A stretch of DNA of 64,000 nt from Octopus sinensis (lineage: Eukaryota). The first letter of the stretch is position 1. Each line of letters starts with the position of its first letter. Positions 1-12,709 of this stretch are shown in pieces. The stretch covers positions 122,140,001 to 122,204,000 of the forward strand of contig NC_042998.1 of assembly GCF_006345805.1 (NCBI RefSeq). Direction: 5' to 3'. A model generated the notes under the pieces. It ran no database searches. It was not told the origin of the DNA and was given only the letters and a program-made list of their open reading frames with translations. The translations under genes were made by a program, and so were the position numbers.

Positions 1-813
1 GAGTGGAATCCAATAATAGTTAAAAATGCTGTGGGTAAGATTGGATAGGAATTGTATTAGAAGTTAAAATGCTTCCTTGAAATATAGTTTTCCCAAGAAA
101 TAAATGTTTTCAGAAATTGTTCATGTCTATCTGGCTTTACTGTTTAATAATTATTTTCTAAAGTGAACTGAAAATTCATTATAATGTAAAAAAATGCACC
201 AAAGACATGAGAGACTTTCAACATGAAAGTAGTTAGCTTTAGTTTTACAATGACTAAACCAATGAGAGATCAGTCTCCTGCTGGATACAATTTTTACATT
301 ACATAAATTTCCCAGGTAATCTGGTGTACATTCATAATAAATTGAAACTAAAGAATGTAAAAAAATTAAATACACAACCCAAATACAAAATAGAATGACA
401 GTTATGTTCATTACTATTTAGTTGTTGAGCCTCCCTGCTCCCATGATTATTGTCATCATGCACTGTGACAAGAGTAAGTCAGCCTGGATATTCAAGTTCA
501 CTTGTTTCTTATATGATACCTATGTGCTGATTTGAACTTAAAATACATACTAAGGTATCCTCTGCTTTCAAATGTACTTGTTGAGATAAGCAAAAGGTGG
601 GGGGGGGGACTTCTATGTGGTTGCTCAATGGGCTAGAAATAAAACCAAATGTTTCTTAAATCATTAGTGCCTTAAGAAGGGAAAAACACAATTGACCAAT
701 GTATTCCAAGATACGGAAATAACGTGTCATTCGGTCAAGATATATATTTTCGGTTGTCAAGTATGAAAGTTGTAGAAAAGTTTGCTAATGTTTTATAAAT
801 ACAAAGAACAGTT

Positions 814-1770
814 TTATTCATCAGAGTATGCACCCATATTGTCAATACACTTTTGCCATTTCAGTGGTAGCTTGTCCAGCTTGGAACCGTAAAAGCCTGG
901 CAATCTAGAGTCAATAAAATCTTGGAAGGCCTGTTTTACATCAACAGAATTAAATTTTTTTCCTATCAAAAAGTTATCCAAATTCTGGAAAAAGTGGTAG
1001 TCAGTGGGGGCAAGATCAAGTGAGTATGGTGGATGATAGAGAACTTCCAACTCCAACCCCTGTAGTTTCACCAATGTCCTTTTTGCGATGTGTGGACTGG
1101 CGTTGTCTTGCAATAAAATAGGAGTGGATCTGTTGACTAATCTAGGCTGTTTTTGTGTAAGTTTCTGCATCACTTGGTCCAGTTGCCTGTAGTATACTTT
1201 GGCCATGATTGATGAGCCAGATTTAATGAAATCGTAATGGATCACATTTGTGCCAGACCACCAAACACATACCATCAGCTTCTTTCGATGAATTTTGCTT
1301 TTTGGACTGTATTTTGGTGGCTCATTTTTGACCAACCATTGTGCTGAACGTTTACAGTTGTTGTATTGGATCCATTTCTCATTTTTGTGATGAGAAAGTA
1401 GCATAATGCAGGCTTCCAAATGTTGTTGTTTCTAATTTTCATTGAGTTCATGTGGAACCCATTTATCCAAATTTTTCACTTTCCGATTTGCTAACACCAA
1501 ACAACAACAATAATTCACAGGCACTTTGAGATGGAGCTGACTTGACTGTGGCTTTCAGTTCATCATTTTCCACCTTTGTTTCTGGTTGACCGTGTTGCTC
1601 ATTTGTGAGATCAAAGTCACCAGAACGAAATTTTGCAAACCAATTTGATACTGTCTGCTGTGTAATAACATTAGAATGAAATACTTCATGAATATTCAGA
1701 GCAGTCTGTGATGCTGTATTTCCAAGAAAGAATTCATATTTCAAAATTACAAATTTCCGACTTATCCATC
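814..1770 (-). pseudogene. Mariner transposase pseudogene
   Basis: ORFs 1463-1744 (HTH region, WFAKFRSGDFDL) and 814-1419 (KLMVCVWW, LLQDNASPH, HPPYSLDLAPTDYHFF with D34D spacing). Split reading frame; the segment carrying the first catalytic Asp (before EKW) is missing. Confidence 0.92.
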
Positions 1771-1930
1771 TCTAAACCAAAATAGCAAAAAACGAATTAT
1801 AAATATTTCATAAAGCGCAAAATGATTTAGAATAAAGAAATAGATGTGTCAGCTTTTTAACAAAAAATAAAGATTGTCAAGATATATAATAATGGCGCAA
1901 AATGAGCAGCTGTCAAAGTTTACAGTATAC

Positions 1931-2283
1931 ATCATCATCGTTTAGCATCCGCTTTCCATGCTAGCATGGGTTAAACGGTTCAACTGGGGTCCGGGAAGCC
2001 AGAAGGCTGCACCAGGCCCAGTCTGATCTGGTAATGTTTCTACAGCTGGATGCCCTTCCTAACGCCAACCACTCCATGAGTGTAGTGGGTGCTTTTTATG
2101 TGCCAGACGAGGCTGGCAACGGCCATGATCGGATGTTGCTTTTTACGTGCCACGGGCACGGAGGCCAGTCGGGACGGCGCTGGCAACGACCACGTTTGGA
2201 TAGTTCTCTTATGTGCCACCGGCACTGGTATCACAGCTACAATTTCCATTGATGTTGATCGATTTTGATTTTGATTTGTAGTA
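1931..2283 (-). mobile_element. 5'-truncated RTE LINE 3' UTR fragment inside the mariner
   Basis: Matches the 3' UTR at 35215-35598 in reverse; (ATC)n tail; flanked by the direct repeat AGTATAC (1924-1930, 2284-2290). Confidence 0.85.
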
Positions 2284-2821
2284 AGTATACCCTACTACAA
2301 ATTTTATACTTGATGACCTAATATATATATAACCTTGAATAAGGCAGTATCTTATGGTTAATTTGCTTATATCTGTAACTAAAATGATTAAATAATCCTT
2401 AATAGATATCATATTAATATTAAAGTATAAAATAAATGGTTAATATGAATATATTGTTTTATGTACAAGTAACAGTAGTATATATTATATATAGTTTACT
2501 AAAGCTTTAATTTAGGCATGTACCTTAAGAATATATGATTTATAACTTATGAATGGTTAATTAATTTAAGTTAGAGATACAATGTATTAATTTAATAGTA
2601 TTGGTTTTAACTTTATTAATTTCTTCCTTTGGTTCGTTAATATTTGTTTTCCTCGATTAGATCATTCATTTCTTTTCTCACTATTGTGCACTAATATTGA
2701 TAACGTAATATTCAACTATGGTAATTAGTTTTGATTTGTCATCATTTTGTAGCTTTCAACATTTTAACACACACATGCACAAATGCATCAAAATAGTAAC
2801 ATTTTTTTAAATACACCTGTT

Positions 2822-3406
2822 GCGTGGCTGTGTGGTAAGAAGCTTGTTTCCCAACCACATGGTTCTGGGTTTAGTCCCACTGCATGACACCTTGGGCAAG
2901 TGTCTTCTACTATAGCTTCAGGCCAACAAAAGCCTAGTGAGTGGATTTGGTAGACGGAAACTGAAAGAAGCCCATCGTATGTATGTATGTATGTATGTAT
3001 GTATGTATGTATGTATGTATGTATGTATGTATGTATGCATGCATCTATCTATCTATATACATATATATATATTTTGTAGAATGTTTGTGTTTATCAGTAA
3101 AAAAGTACTCAGTATAGAAAATAGAGATTGTATAGTTTATTTAAAGCTTTTGATCATAGAGTCATATATATATATATATGTGTGTGTGTGTGTATCTTTG
3201 TGTCTGTGTTTGTGCCCCACCACCATCGCTGGACAATTGGTGCTAGTGTGTTTATGTCTCCAAAACCTAGCAGTTTGGCAAAATAGACCGATAGATTAAG
3301 TACTTAGCTTACAAAGAATAAGTCATAGGGTTGATTTCTTCGACTAAAGGTGGTGCTTCAGCATGACCACAGTCAAATGACTGAAATGTGTAAAAGAGTA
3401 AAAGAG
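2822..3406 (+). mobile_element. tRNA-derived SINE family A, head and 3' part split by microsatellite
   Basis: A-box TGGCTGTGTGG, B-box-like GGTTTAGTCCC, CCTTGGGCAAGT core; 3' part 3197-3406; same layout at 14195-14690. Confidence 0.8.
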
Positions 3407-3822
3407 TATATCTGAGTCTATCAAAGGTTAACCAACATGCTAGAAAGGAGCACCTTTCTAACAAATTCTCTCCCCTGATGAAATACCCAATTTATATGTG
3501 ATATGAAAATTTAAATTAATTTAATTTAATTCCTCAAATTGAATTAATTGGGTATAGATACAGCTGTAGGTTTAAGGAATTTGATGTTACTCAGAATGGA
3601 ATTTGTTCAAATAAATTGATGTCAATGTTTCCATTTTCTTTTTCTTGTACAAGAATATCTATATACACATATCCATCTAAGTGAAACTAACATCTTTGGC
3701 TTTTCACTGATTCACTGAATATAACCGGGGAACTTGGATGGTAACATCCCTTTAAGAGGACTTGATATCCTTATATATATATATATATATATATACATAC
3801 ATGTATGAATGCATTTATGTAT

Positions 3823-3912
3823 GTAGCACTCAAGTGATTTGAACTTACACTCTGAAACATTTACTGAGGACCAAAAGTTTTGGAGTGTAAGTTCAAATCA
3901 TTTGGGCGCTAC
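3823..3912. repeat. Inverted repeat, ~36-bp stem with 18-nt loop
   Basis: gtagcactcaagtgatttgaacttacactctgaaac pairs with gttttggagtgtaagttcaaatcatttgggcgctac. Confidence 0.9.
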
Positions 3913-4777
3913 TAATTGTTTTCTATATTGAGAATCTCTGGATCTCATCTGTTGACTCTATGACCAAAAGCTTTAAATAAAATATACAATCTCTATTTTC
4001 TATACTGAGTACTTATTTTACTTGTAAACACAAATATTCTACAAAACATATTACACACATACACACACACAAATATATACACACACAAATACACATATCC
4101 ATATGATTCACATGAGTGACTAACTCACATAGTCCTACTTAGATGGATATTTTCAGAATCAGAAAATATTGATCTAGTTGCTTTCTTGCCCTTTATATCC
4201 TTAATGGCTATTTCAACCATATAACTGTCAATTTCTATGGCAAGTCCCTCTGTTGATTCTACTTAGGAAAGATCCTATCCTCCCATGAATTTTCATCATT
4301 CAGACAAGTGCATTGCTATCATTTTACCAACAATGTTCTTTTTTGTATTGGTCCACTGCTTTCAATTCAGAAACTCATATTTATGATTTTCAAAATGTAG
4401 AACATGAGCAAAATTCTTACTTGTGCTTTTCTCTTTCCTAAATATACTTAACATCTAGTTTCTCCTCTAGCTATCTTACATTTTTCCTTGCTCTCCCACT
4501 TTCTTCCTTTCTTTCCAGGCCTATCCCTTAACTTTTATGACAAAAGCTACCAAACCAGATCATTTTTCATCTGGCTGGGACTTTGCTCTATTTGCAGATG
4601 TAGCAGGTCATCTCATAAAAGTTAACAGTTGTCTTCTAGGCTAAAGGTCTGTATCTCCTCCTTTTCAACATATGCATCTCTGAAACTATATCTGGTTGAG
4701 GGACCTTTCAACTTCCATTCTCTCTTTCTCTAGACTGTCTTGTATCTTTGAATCTACCAAGTACTTCATTAATAATA

Positions 4778-4981
4778 TTGGTTCCAAATTTTGACATGAA
4801 GCATGCAAGTTTGTGGGAGAAGTAAGTTGATTTCCTTGATCCCAGTGCTCAACTGGTACTTATTTTATTGACCCCGAAAGCATGAAAGGTAAAGTTGACC
4901 TTGGCAGAAGTTGAACTCAGAACATAAGGAGAGATCAAATGCCACTAAGCAGTCTGCTAGTGATTCTACCAGCTCACCACC
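4778..4981 (-). mobile_element. tRNA-derived SINE family B
   Basis: Reverse match to the copy at 33452; degenerate flanking direct repeat tacttcattaataata / tacttgtattgataata. Confidence 0.8.
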
Positions 4982-5005
4982 TTACTTGTATTGATAATAG
5001 TTTAT

Positions 5006-5236
5006 GGTGGCAAGCTGGCAGAATCGTTAGCACACTGGGTGAAATGCTTAGCAGTATTTCATCTGCTGTTACATTCTGAGTTCAAACTCTGCCAAAGTCC
5101 ACTTTGACTTTCATCCTTTTGGAGTTGATTAAATAAGTACCAGTTATGCACTAGGGTCGATGTAATCAACTTAAACCCTTTGTCTGTCCTTGTTTGTCCC
5201 CTCTGTGTTTAGCACCCTGTGGGCAATAAAGAAATA
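5006..5236 (+). mobile_element. tRNA-derived SINE family B
   Basis: ggtggcaagctggcagaatcgttagc...gagttcaaactc...ctttcatcctttt...aagtaccag; colinear with 33452-33681. Confidence 0.85.
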
Positions 5237-6067
5237 AATATTAATCATTAGTCTACATTGAGTGGTACAATCTTTGCCAGGAAAAATCTCAGTCATAATC
5301 AGCTATTAATCCAATTTCCTGGTGAGTATGAAATCTGATTTACTTGTTCACTAGAGTGGCAGTAATTTGTACAGTTGACCAGTTTCCTGAAGTTAGTGTT
5401 GCAAATGGTTAGGTGATTTGCATCACAGAACCCCAAGGGACTTTATCCCTTGTCATTCTGCATACCTTAACCATAGTTACCATCACAGTGTTGCCCGACA
5501 TGTTCATTAAATCCAGCAACCAATTCAGTTTCCATGATAACAGAGTTGCTGTCATTCATTACTGATGCAGTCTGCAAGGGGGCTCAAAGAAATGGTTCTT
5601 TTGCTCATCTGCTAGTCCTGATTGACATACACATGCAGAAATCACTGCTGGTGTTGAGCTGCTTAAAACTAGCTCAAGCTTAATTATTCTCTCACATATT
5701 CTGTCCTCTGAATCTGCACATACTCAAACATTTAATCAAACCATTTCTCTGCCAACTATATGTGCTCTACTAATACCAGTGTTGTTACTCATCCAGAAAA
5801 CTTTCTACCTGTAGTCCTTGCCTGTCCATATCGTAAGAAGGCAAATGCACCCAAGTTCTTTATATTAATAGAAACTTCAGCTTTCAAAGCTGTTAACAAT
5901 GGACCGAAAAGCAGTAAATCACTAAAAGCACGTAGACATTGTTTGCCAAATCCTATTCTGGGCCATTTTTAGCACTAAAAAGAAATTAATTTATAAAGAC
6001 ACATGAAGATTTATCTTGTAGCTGCTTTCATTTAATGAGGCAAAATAATATTTTTAGACATAACTTA

Positions 6068-6161
<94 letters not shown>

Positions 6162-6409
6162 ACACACACACGCATACAGGAAATTAAACATCTACAATAA
6201 AAAGAAAAAAATTGTTCAACTCTAGAAATTCTATAAAGATTGCACCATTTGTCTTATTTGTTCTTGTTTTTGTTGTTGTTCACAAGATGAAGTAAGATCA
6301 GCAAATATTGTATATTTTCATTAATTTTGTCATATATGTCAAAATGAATTTTCTTATGTTAAAAAAAAAAACAAAAAGAAAAGAAAAACAAAACGAAAAC
6401 ACTAAAAAC

Positions 6410-6547
6410 TGTTGGACATATTCCATTCATTTAACAGCATTTTTACACACGCACAAACACTGTGTGTGCATGTGTGTGTGTGTGTGTGCGCGCATATATG
6501 TATTTCAATGATAAAAATGTAGTTAAATGAATGGAATATGTCCAACA
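6410..6547. repeat. Inverted repeat, 35-bp arms around a CA/TG microsatellite loop
   Basis: Arms 6410-6444 and 6513-6547; 26 consecutive perfect pairs, 2 mismatches overall. Confidence 0.9.
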
Positions 6548-7117
6548 TAGTTGTTATTTATTATTTTTTAAACTTAAGAAAACTAATTATATATATATAT
6601 AAAACTACTTATTATATATATACATACATACATATTTATGTATACACCTATCTATATTATACATGTATGCATATATGTATATACAAAGCAACACAAAAAA
6701 AATACAGAGTAAGCTAGAACAAAATATACAACACTAGGTCTGCCTACAAAATTTTGCAATATCTAAAGTAATGCTGGTGCCAACACCTTTGGTCTGAAGT
6801 CCCACAAAAGAGCAATGTAAAATTTTGAGGCTAGATTTGAAAAACAAAAACAATCAAATCTTTTCTGCTACAAGTCATTCTTGATTGCAAGTAACAGACA
6901 AGATCACTGTGATTTAATATTCCTTTTTTACATGCTTGTATGGGTCAAAGAGATTTTGCTGAAGCAGATTTTTCTACAGCTGGATGCCCTTTCTGAAGTA
7001 ATCACCAGTTTCCAAATAAAGTAATACTTTCCCATAGCTAAACATGTTTTTCATAGAAGACTAGGAATGAACAACCTTGTGTGTATTACAGTCATGCTTA
7101 TATATACACACATCCAC

Positions 7118-7760
7118 CATCGTCATCGTTGTTTAATGTCTGCCTTCCGTGCTAGTATGAGTGGGACGGTTTCACAAGAGCCAACCAGGCAGAAACCTGC
7201 ACGAGACCTTTTTACAGCTAGATGCCCTTCCTAACACCAACCACTCAGCAGAGTGGACTTAGTGCTTTTTATGAGGCATAAGCACAAGCTAGGTCAGTTT
7301 TAGCAATGTTTTTACAGCTGGATGCCCTTCCAAACACCAACCACTTTACAGTGCGGACTGGGGTGCTTTTAAGTGGCACCTGCACAGACAGGGTCAACAA
7401 GTACTTGCAAGACAAAAAGCTTTTAAGAGGGTAGAGGGCATTGGAGGAGGTGATCTTGTGTTCAATGATGAAAGGTTATAGTGAGACAGAGAGACAGAAA
7501 CAGGTGTTTTGCTGTAGAGGAAGTACAAGGCCGGAGAGAGAGAGAGAGAATCAGGAATGAAGGCAGAAATAGGTGCATTACTGTAAAAGAAATACATGGT
7601 TGCCCAACCTGAGGGAAGTGCAGAAGGAGAGAGAGAGTGGTAGACAGCAGGATAGAGATGGAGATGGTGGCAAAATGCTGGGCATACTCACAAGGGTCGC
7701 GGATCAGAATATAAATGGGATGGTTGAGTAAAGGAAGAAAGAGATATAGATGGTAGCAAG
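7118..7760 (-). mobile_element. Retroposon fragment with RTE-like (GAT)n 3' tail (second family)
   Basis: ggatgcccttcctaacaccaaccact modules and a shared downstream body also seen at 42833-43300. Confidence 0.65.
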
Positions 7761-8224
7761 TGCCAAGGCATACACTTGAGGTTTGAAACACCATAATATA
7801 AGTGGCAGGATATTGCGAAGGAAGTGTGATTAGAGTGTGCAGAGTTGGGGAGTGAGTGGCAAAACCCTAGGTATATATAGAGTAGGGGGGGGGGCTACCA
7901 GGTAGCAAATTTGCAGAGGAACAGGGCCATGAGGACAGGGTTGGGGAGAGAAAGCTAGGCATAGGGTATGAAGGAAGAAATGTGGGGAAGAGAAGAGATG
8001 TAGAGACATAGTTTGGTTTGTTGTGGTAGTGTGGGTGAAGTTTTCTTAAGTGTGGGTAGGACACACAAAACAATATATATATGTGTGTGTGTGTGAGGGC
8101 GCATGGCTTAGTGGTTAGAGTGTTGCAATGTCAATTTAGTGATCATGATTTCAATTCCTAGACTGAGTGGTGTGTTGTGTTCTTGAGCAAAACACTTCAT
8201 CTCTCTTCCATCTTTTCTCTTTTC

Positions 8225-8531
8225 AAAGAAAATATTTCTCCAGCATTCACTATTTTACCCTCGTTCTGGTCTAATGACCCCCCATGTAGGTTAGTGCTTG
8301 GTTTTCTTGTATGTCTCCACTGTCCTGTTTTTGTTCTCAACTTTGACCCTCCATAAGACTGAATACTGTTGTTTAATACTCGAAATGAGGAGTAGGTAGA
8401 CAGCCAGCAACTGATGAAGGGTCATTCCTTATGTTAGTTGCCCTGTTTTCCATTTGTTCCTCTTGTTTGCGTATTAACCTCATTTGTTTTCGTATTTCAT
8501 GTTATTTACTGTTGGTGACATCTTGTACCTG

Positions 8532-8532
<1 letters not shown>
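8225..8532 (+). mobile_element. Possible Penelope-type terminal repeat remnant
   Basis: T-rich segment ending in microsatellite, with a CTGATGA remnant; similar layout to 47077-47285. Confidence 0.3.
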
Positions 8533-8581
<49 letters not shown>

Positions 8582-8706
8582 TATAAATTAGGGAGAGACT
8601 GGATACAGACTTTACTTATAAATACATTACAGTCTTATGCTTTAGAGTGTGCTTCATTTTTGGATATGGTACATTGATGATATATACTCCCATATATATA
8701 TATATG

Positions 8707-9616
8707 TTGGGTCATCCCATAAATAATGCAGCTTTTTCAATTGCATGAACTAAAAGTTGGAGGAGGACAGGATAAACTGCCTGCATCGACTTGCTATAGA
8801 AGCAGATAGTAATTTTACCTTGTACTTATTCTTAGTGCAAGTTTTGAAGAGTGCAGTTTGATTTTAACAGTTATTTTTTCAAAGCTATAACGGAAGACAA
8901 AGGAGCATATTTGGCATATTTTGCTTTATGAGTACAATAAAGCAACAATGCAATGGAAAGTGTTAGAAAAATTAATGCAGTATATGGGGATCGGACAATA
9001 AGCATAAGTCTGTGTCAATGGTGTTTCCAGAAATTTTGAGCTGGAAACTACAGCCTTGAAGATGAGCCTCGTTCTGGAAGATCTGTAAAGCTCGATGAGG
9101 ATGTCCTGCAAACCCTGGTGGAACAAAATCTCATTGAAACTGTTAAGGAACTAACAGAGAAGCTTGGATTTGGTCATTCAACTAGTCAGCACCAGAAGAA
9201 ATATGACCATCTTTGGTTTCAAGATGAAAGGTGCTCTTCCATCAGGATAATGTTCGGCAATGTACAGCGAAGATGAAATTCCAAAGGCTGGAGCAGTTTG
9301 AATAGGAAATGATGCCCCACTCACCATATTTGCTGGACATTGACCTGTCTGATTATCATTTATTCCACAGTCTTCAAAATCATTTGGATGGGAAAAATAT
9401 GAATTCTGTAGACAAGGCCAGAACAGTACTGGAGAAGTATTTTTTGTCATGGACAAGTGAATTTTGGAAAAGGGACCTTGCAAGTTAACCAGAAAGATGG
9501 AAGAGCATTGTAGAAAATGAACAAGTATATTTTAGATTAAAAAAGAACTTTGTTTATCTTAATTTTGAAAAATAAAAGAAGTATAAAGAAACTGCATTAT
9601 TCATGGGATGATCCTA
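8707..9616 (+). mobile_element. Internally deleted mariner transposon
   Basis: TIRs ttgggtcatcccataaataatgcag / ctgcattattcatgggatgatccta; remnants KEHIWHILLYEYNK, LEDEPRSG and PY..D..LSDYHLFHSLQN. Confidence 0.88.
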
Positions 9617-9710
9617 TACACACACGCACACACACACACACACACTCATATATACAGTTATGTTGATACAAACAGGAAAAACAGTATTGTAGATATGAGT
9701 ATATGTATAT

Positions 9711-9848
9711 TTTTATTAATATTTAGCCGAAGTAATAGAGTAACTGAAGGTCTGAGAGTTCTGTGTCTTGGCACTTATTGATAAGTGCCAACACATGAAC
9801 CTCTTGGACCTTGAGTCACTCTGTTACTTCTGTTAAAATTTAATAAAA
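9711..9848. repeat. ~138-bp loopless palindrome (foldback)
   Basis: Centre ttggcacttat-tg-ataagtgccaa; arms alignable for ~68 bp; lies between TA-rich runs. Confidence 0.88.
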
Positions 9849-10367
9849 TAATATATATATATAGATTGACAAGTTCTTATATATGGTATTATATCATTTA
9901 TAAAAGATGTTACATAAACGTAAACAAACATATTTGGCAAAGAAGAAATGTATTATTGGATAATCCTTTACATCTATTTCAAAAATTCAGTGACTCATTG
10001 AAGTAATAATGTGTATTAGTGATGCAATAATAAACACCAAATGAGAGGAAATTATGATGAACATAAATATGACGTTAATTTGTTGAAGCTGCAAGTATTG
10101 AAACACCAATTTTTTTCTTCAGAAGTAAAAGCTGTAAAATACTATCAAGGACTGTATTTTTTCTAAGCCTAACAGGTTTATGTAGCACCTTTTATAAATA
10201 ATGCCATGTATATGAGATTGTCCATCTTTTTTCTCTTTATTACACTCTAGTGTATAATCAGAATTACAGTCCAAATCTTATGGCAGGGCAGGGTAAGGTA
10301 ATTGGGGTATTTCTGGTCTGAGACTGAGTATTGAAATAACATCTCCACACCCACTGTATAGGTTTAA

Positions 10368-10625
10368 TCCTTTAGCATTTAATCTGGCCATATCTGGCCA
10401 AAATATTCTACCTGTTTTATGTTTAAACTGACCAGATCCGATCTCTCACACCTACCCTACAATGTCATTCCAGAAATATACAATCACATCATTGCAATAT
10501 TGAAGCTACAAGAGAATGCCAGATACATTCAAAACAATGTGAATAAATAAGCAATAAATTGGACAAAGTGAGTAGCCACTCTATCTCTTCTTGAAATTAA
10601 ACAAAGAAATCTGTATACTAAAGGG
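10368..10625. mobile_element. piggyBac-type MITE
   Basis: TTAA on both sides; ends tcctttagcat... / ...atactaaaggg; same family in the opposite orientation at 52459. Confidence 0.75.
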
Positions 10626-11599
10626 TTAATACAGAATGACAAGTTAGTGAAACACTTGTGAATTCTACAGTGCTGCCATGGAAAGTTGTTCCTACTTTGC
10701 AGAGACAGTCCACAACCACTCACAAGACATGAACCACTGATCTACTAGCTAGCTGCTCAGAATGATTTCCACTTGGCCATCAACTCAATAATGTGAATGT
10801 TAGATAAATATGCATTTAGCTTCAGTTAAACTGTAAGGGCCTCTTAGTGGAACAAACAAATAGATAACAAACTAAAGGACAATTTTTACCTAGTCATTAC
10901 TGGTACATCAGGAGTGTTTATTATTTAATTGAGAGAGAAAGAGATAGAGAGAGAGAGAGAGAGAGAGAGTATGCCCTTATTCATTTGCATTTCAGTACAT
11001 TAGCTGGTGACAAGTAAATTAATTAAAGCTGCTCTTTAGCTCTGCACAGAAAGCTCTGTGCTATATAATAACAAAGTATATTTGCATAGTGAGACTAAAT
11101 GCATGTTTACTAATCATATGCATGTAAATTTATTTACAACTTATACACATACATGCTGGATCAGTATTTTGGGTTATTAGTACTTTTTGCTATATTGTCT
11201 CTTGAGAAGCAGATCACCATGACTAATTTTCCTCGAAATTTTCACATATTAATAGTGTTCAGGTTCACATTGACAACTTACCATGGTGGCTTGTATCCTA
11301 ATCTCATTTTGTGGAGGGCCAACATCTACTGGCTTATCATGGGCATATCATGTATGCCAGCTGCTTATTCCAGGATGCCTATAGTCTCACATTAATAAAG
11401 ACACTTCTAGTAATTTCCTATAGAGATATATACTGTAGCTGCTTACACATTTGTCTATACATTTACAGACACCTTTTGGATAACAAATTAATACAGCAAC
11501 CTGAAGTATAGCCTGAGTCCTACTTTGACATCACTGCATCCTATTTTGTTCCCATTTCTGACAGAGCCTGCTTATTATAGTCATAATGTGTCCACTTAC

Positions 11600-11950
11600 T
11601 ACAGAAGTGCATAAAGCACTCACTAATCATAGAGGTGTGTAGTGTACCTATTCATTGAAGAGATATATGGTGTACCCATTTATCAGGGAGACATATAATG
11701 TACTAATTTGTAAGAGATATATAACATGTCCAACTAATAAATGGTGCAAGATGTACCCACTGATAAGAGTATACTGTCTCCATTAATCAAGATGAATAGT
11801 GAAACCACACATCAGATGTATAAAGCTACCCTCTCCTTGGAGATATAATGTACTCATTTGTCACAAGGCTGAATAGAGTACCTACTTATCACAGAACTGT
11901 ACAGGATACTCATTTATCACAGAATTGCATAAGATTGTATCAATTTGTCA
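11600..11950. repeat. Degenerate ~26-29-bp minisatellite
   Basis: Recurring gagatata-atgtac(c/t)catttatcaca-like units. Confidence 0.65.
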
Positions 11951-12343
11951 CATAAACATTTAAACAGTGAAAATCGTTTAAGAAAAGGTGTTTAGAAATA
12001 AAAGGATGGAAAATAAAACAAGCAAAGCTAAAATACAAAAATACCAAAAAAAAAAAAAAGAAAGAAGGAAAGAAAAATGTTAGTCAGACTGTTGTTTCAT
12101 TTGTAAAGAAAACTAGTAGCCAATTTGCTGCCGTTCAGTGGAAGTTAGGTGTCGAACATAAAGTATAGCATGACAGTAGCTGATCAGAAATAAAACAAAA
12201 GGATTTCCTAATTAAATATGATTAACAGGATAAAATTGAATTGACTATGATGGAAATCAATAATCCAGACAAATACCCAATCAAAAATAAACTCTTACAA
12301 TTACAACAACAACTGTTATTGGCATAATTATCCACCTCCACCA

Positions 12344-12388
12344 ATAATGATAATAATGATGATGATAATAATAATAATAATAATAATG

Positions 12389-12446
<58 letters not shown>

Positions 12447-12462
12447 TGATGATAATAATAAC
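12344..12462. repeat. (AAT/GAT)n trinucleotide microsatellite
   Basis: Directly visible; explains the poly-L and poly-Y ORFs. Confidence 0.95.
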
Positions 12463-12676
12463 AGTGATAATATACTAACAAATTTAAGCACATACACATC
12501 TTTTGAGTTAAATATAACAATTTGAAATTTATGGATAGTGGTTATTGAACTACAAACAACTATTATGATTCCACCATACTGACTTTTATTTGTTAGCAAG
12601 TTGTTATTCACAAATTTACAGACTTCAGGGATCTGAAAACAATTCAAATCCTATATAACGTCTGCATTCTCCTTTT

Positions 12677-12709
<33 letters not shown>

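Larger units (their letters stand above)
749..2321 (-). mobile_element. Mariner (DD34D) DNA transposon, decayed, interrupted by an RTE insertion
   Basis: 27-bp TIRs ttcggttgtcaagtatgaaagttgtag (749-775) and ctacaaattttatacttgatgacctaa (2295-2321), 5 mismatches, TA after the right end; transposase remnants inside. Confidence 0.92.
4130..5830 (-). mobile_element. Old degraded RTE LINE ORF (APE endonuclease through pre-RT region)
   Basis: Minus-strand remnants VFWMSNNTG..LAEKW, VISACVCQSGLADEQK, GFNEHVG, FCDANHLTICNTNFRK, DFILTRK and EGLAIEIDSYMVEIAIKDIKGKKA; many stops and frameshifts; interrupted by two SINEs. Confidence 0.75.

Noticed and set aside
1-40. EWNPIIVKNAV followed by G|GTAAGA, a possible exon end
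   Set aside because: Acceptor would lie outside the window; too short to identify.
2822-2890. tRNA-like A/B boxes
   Set aside because: SINE heads with no complete cloverleaf; not tRNA genes.
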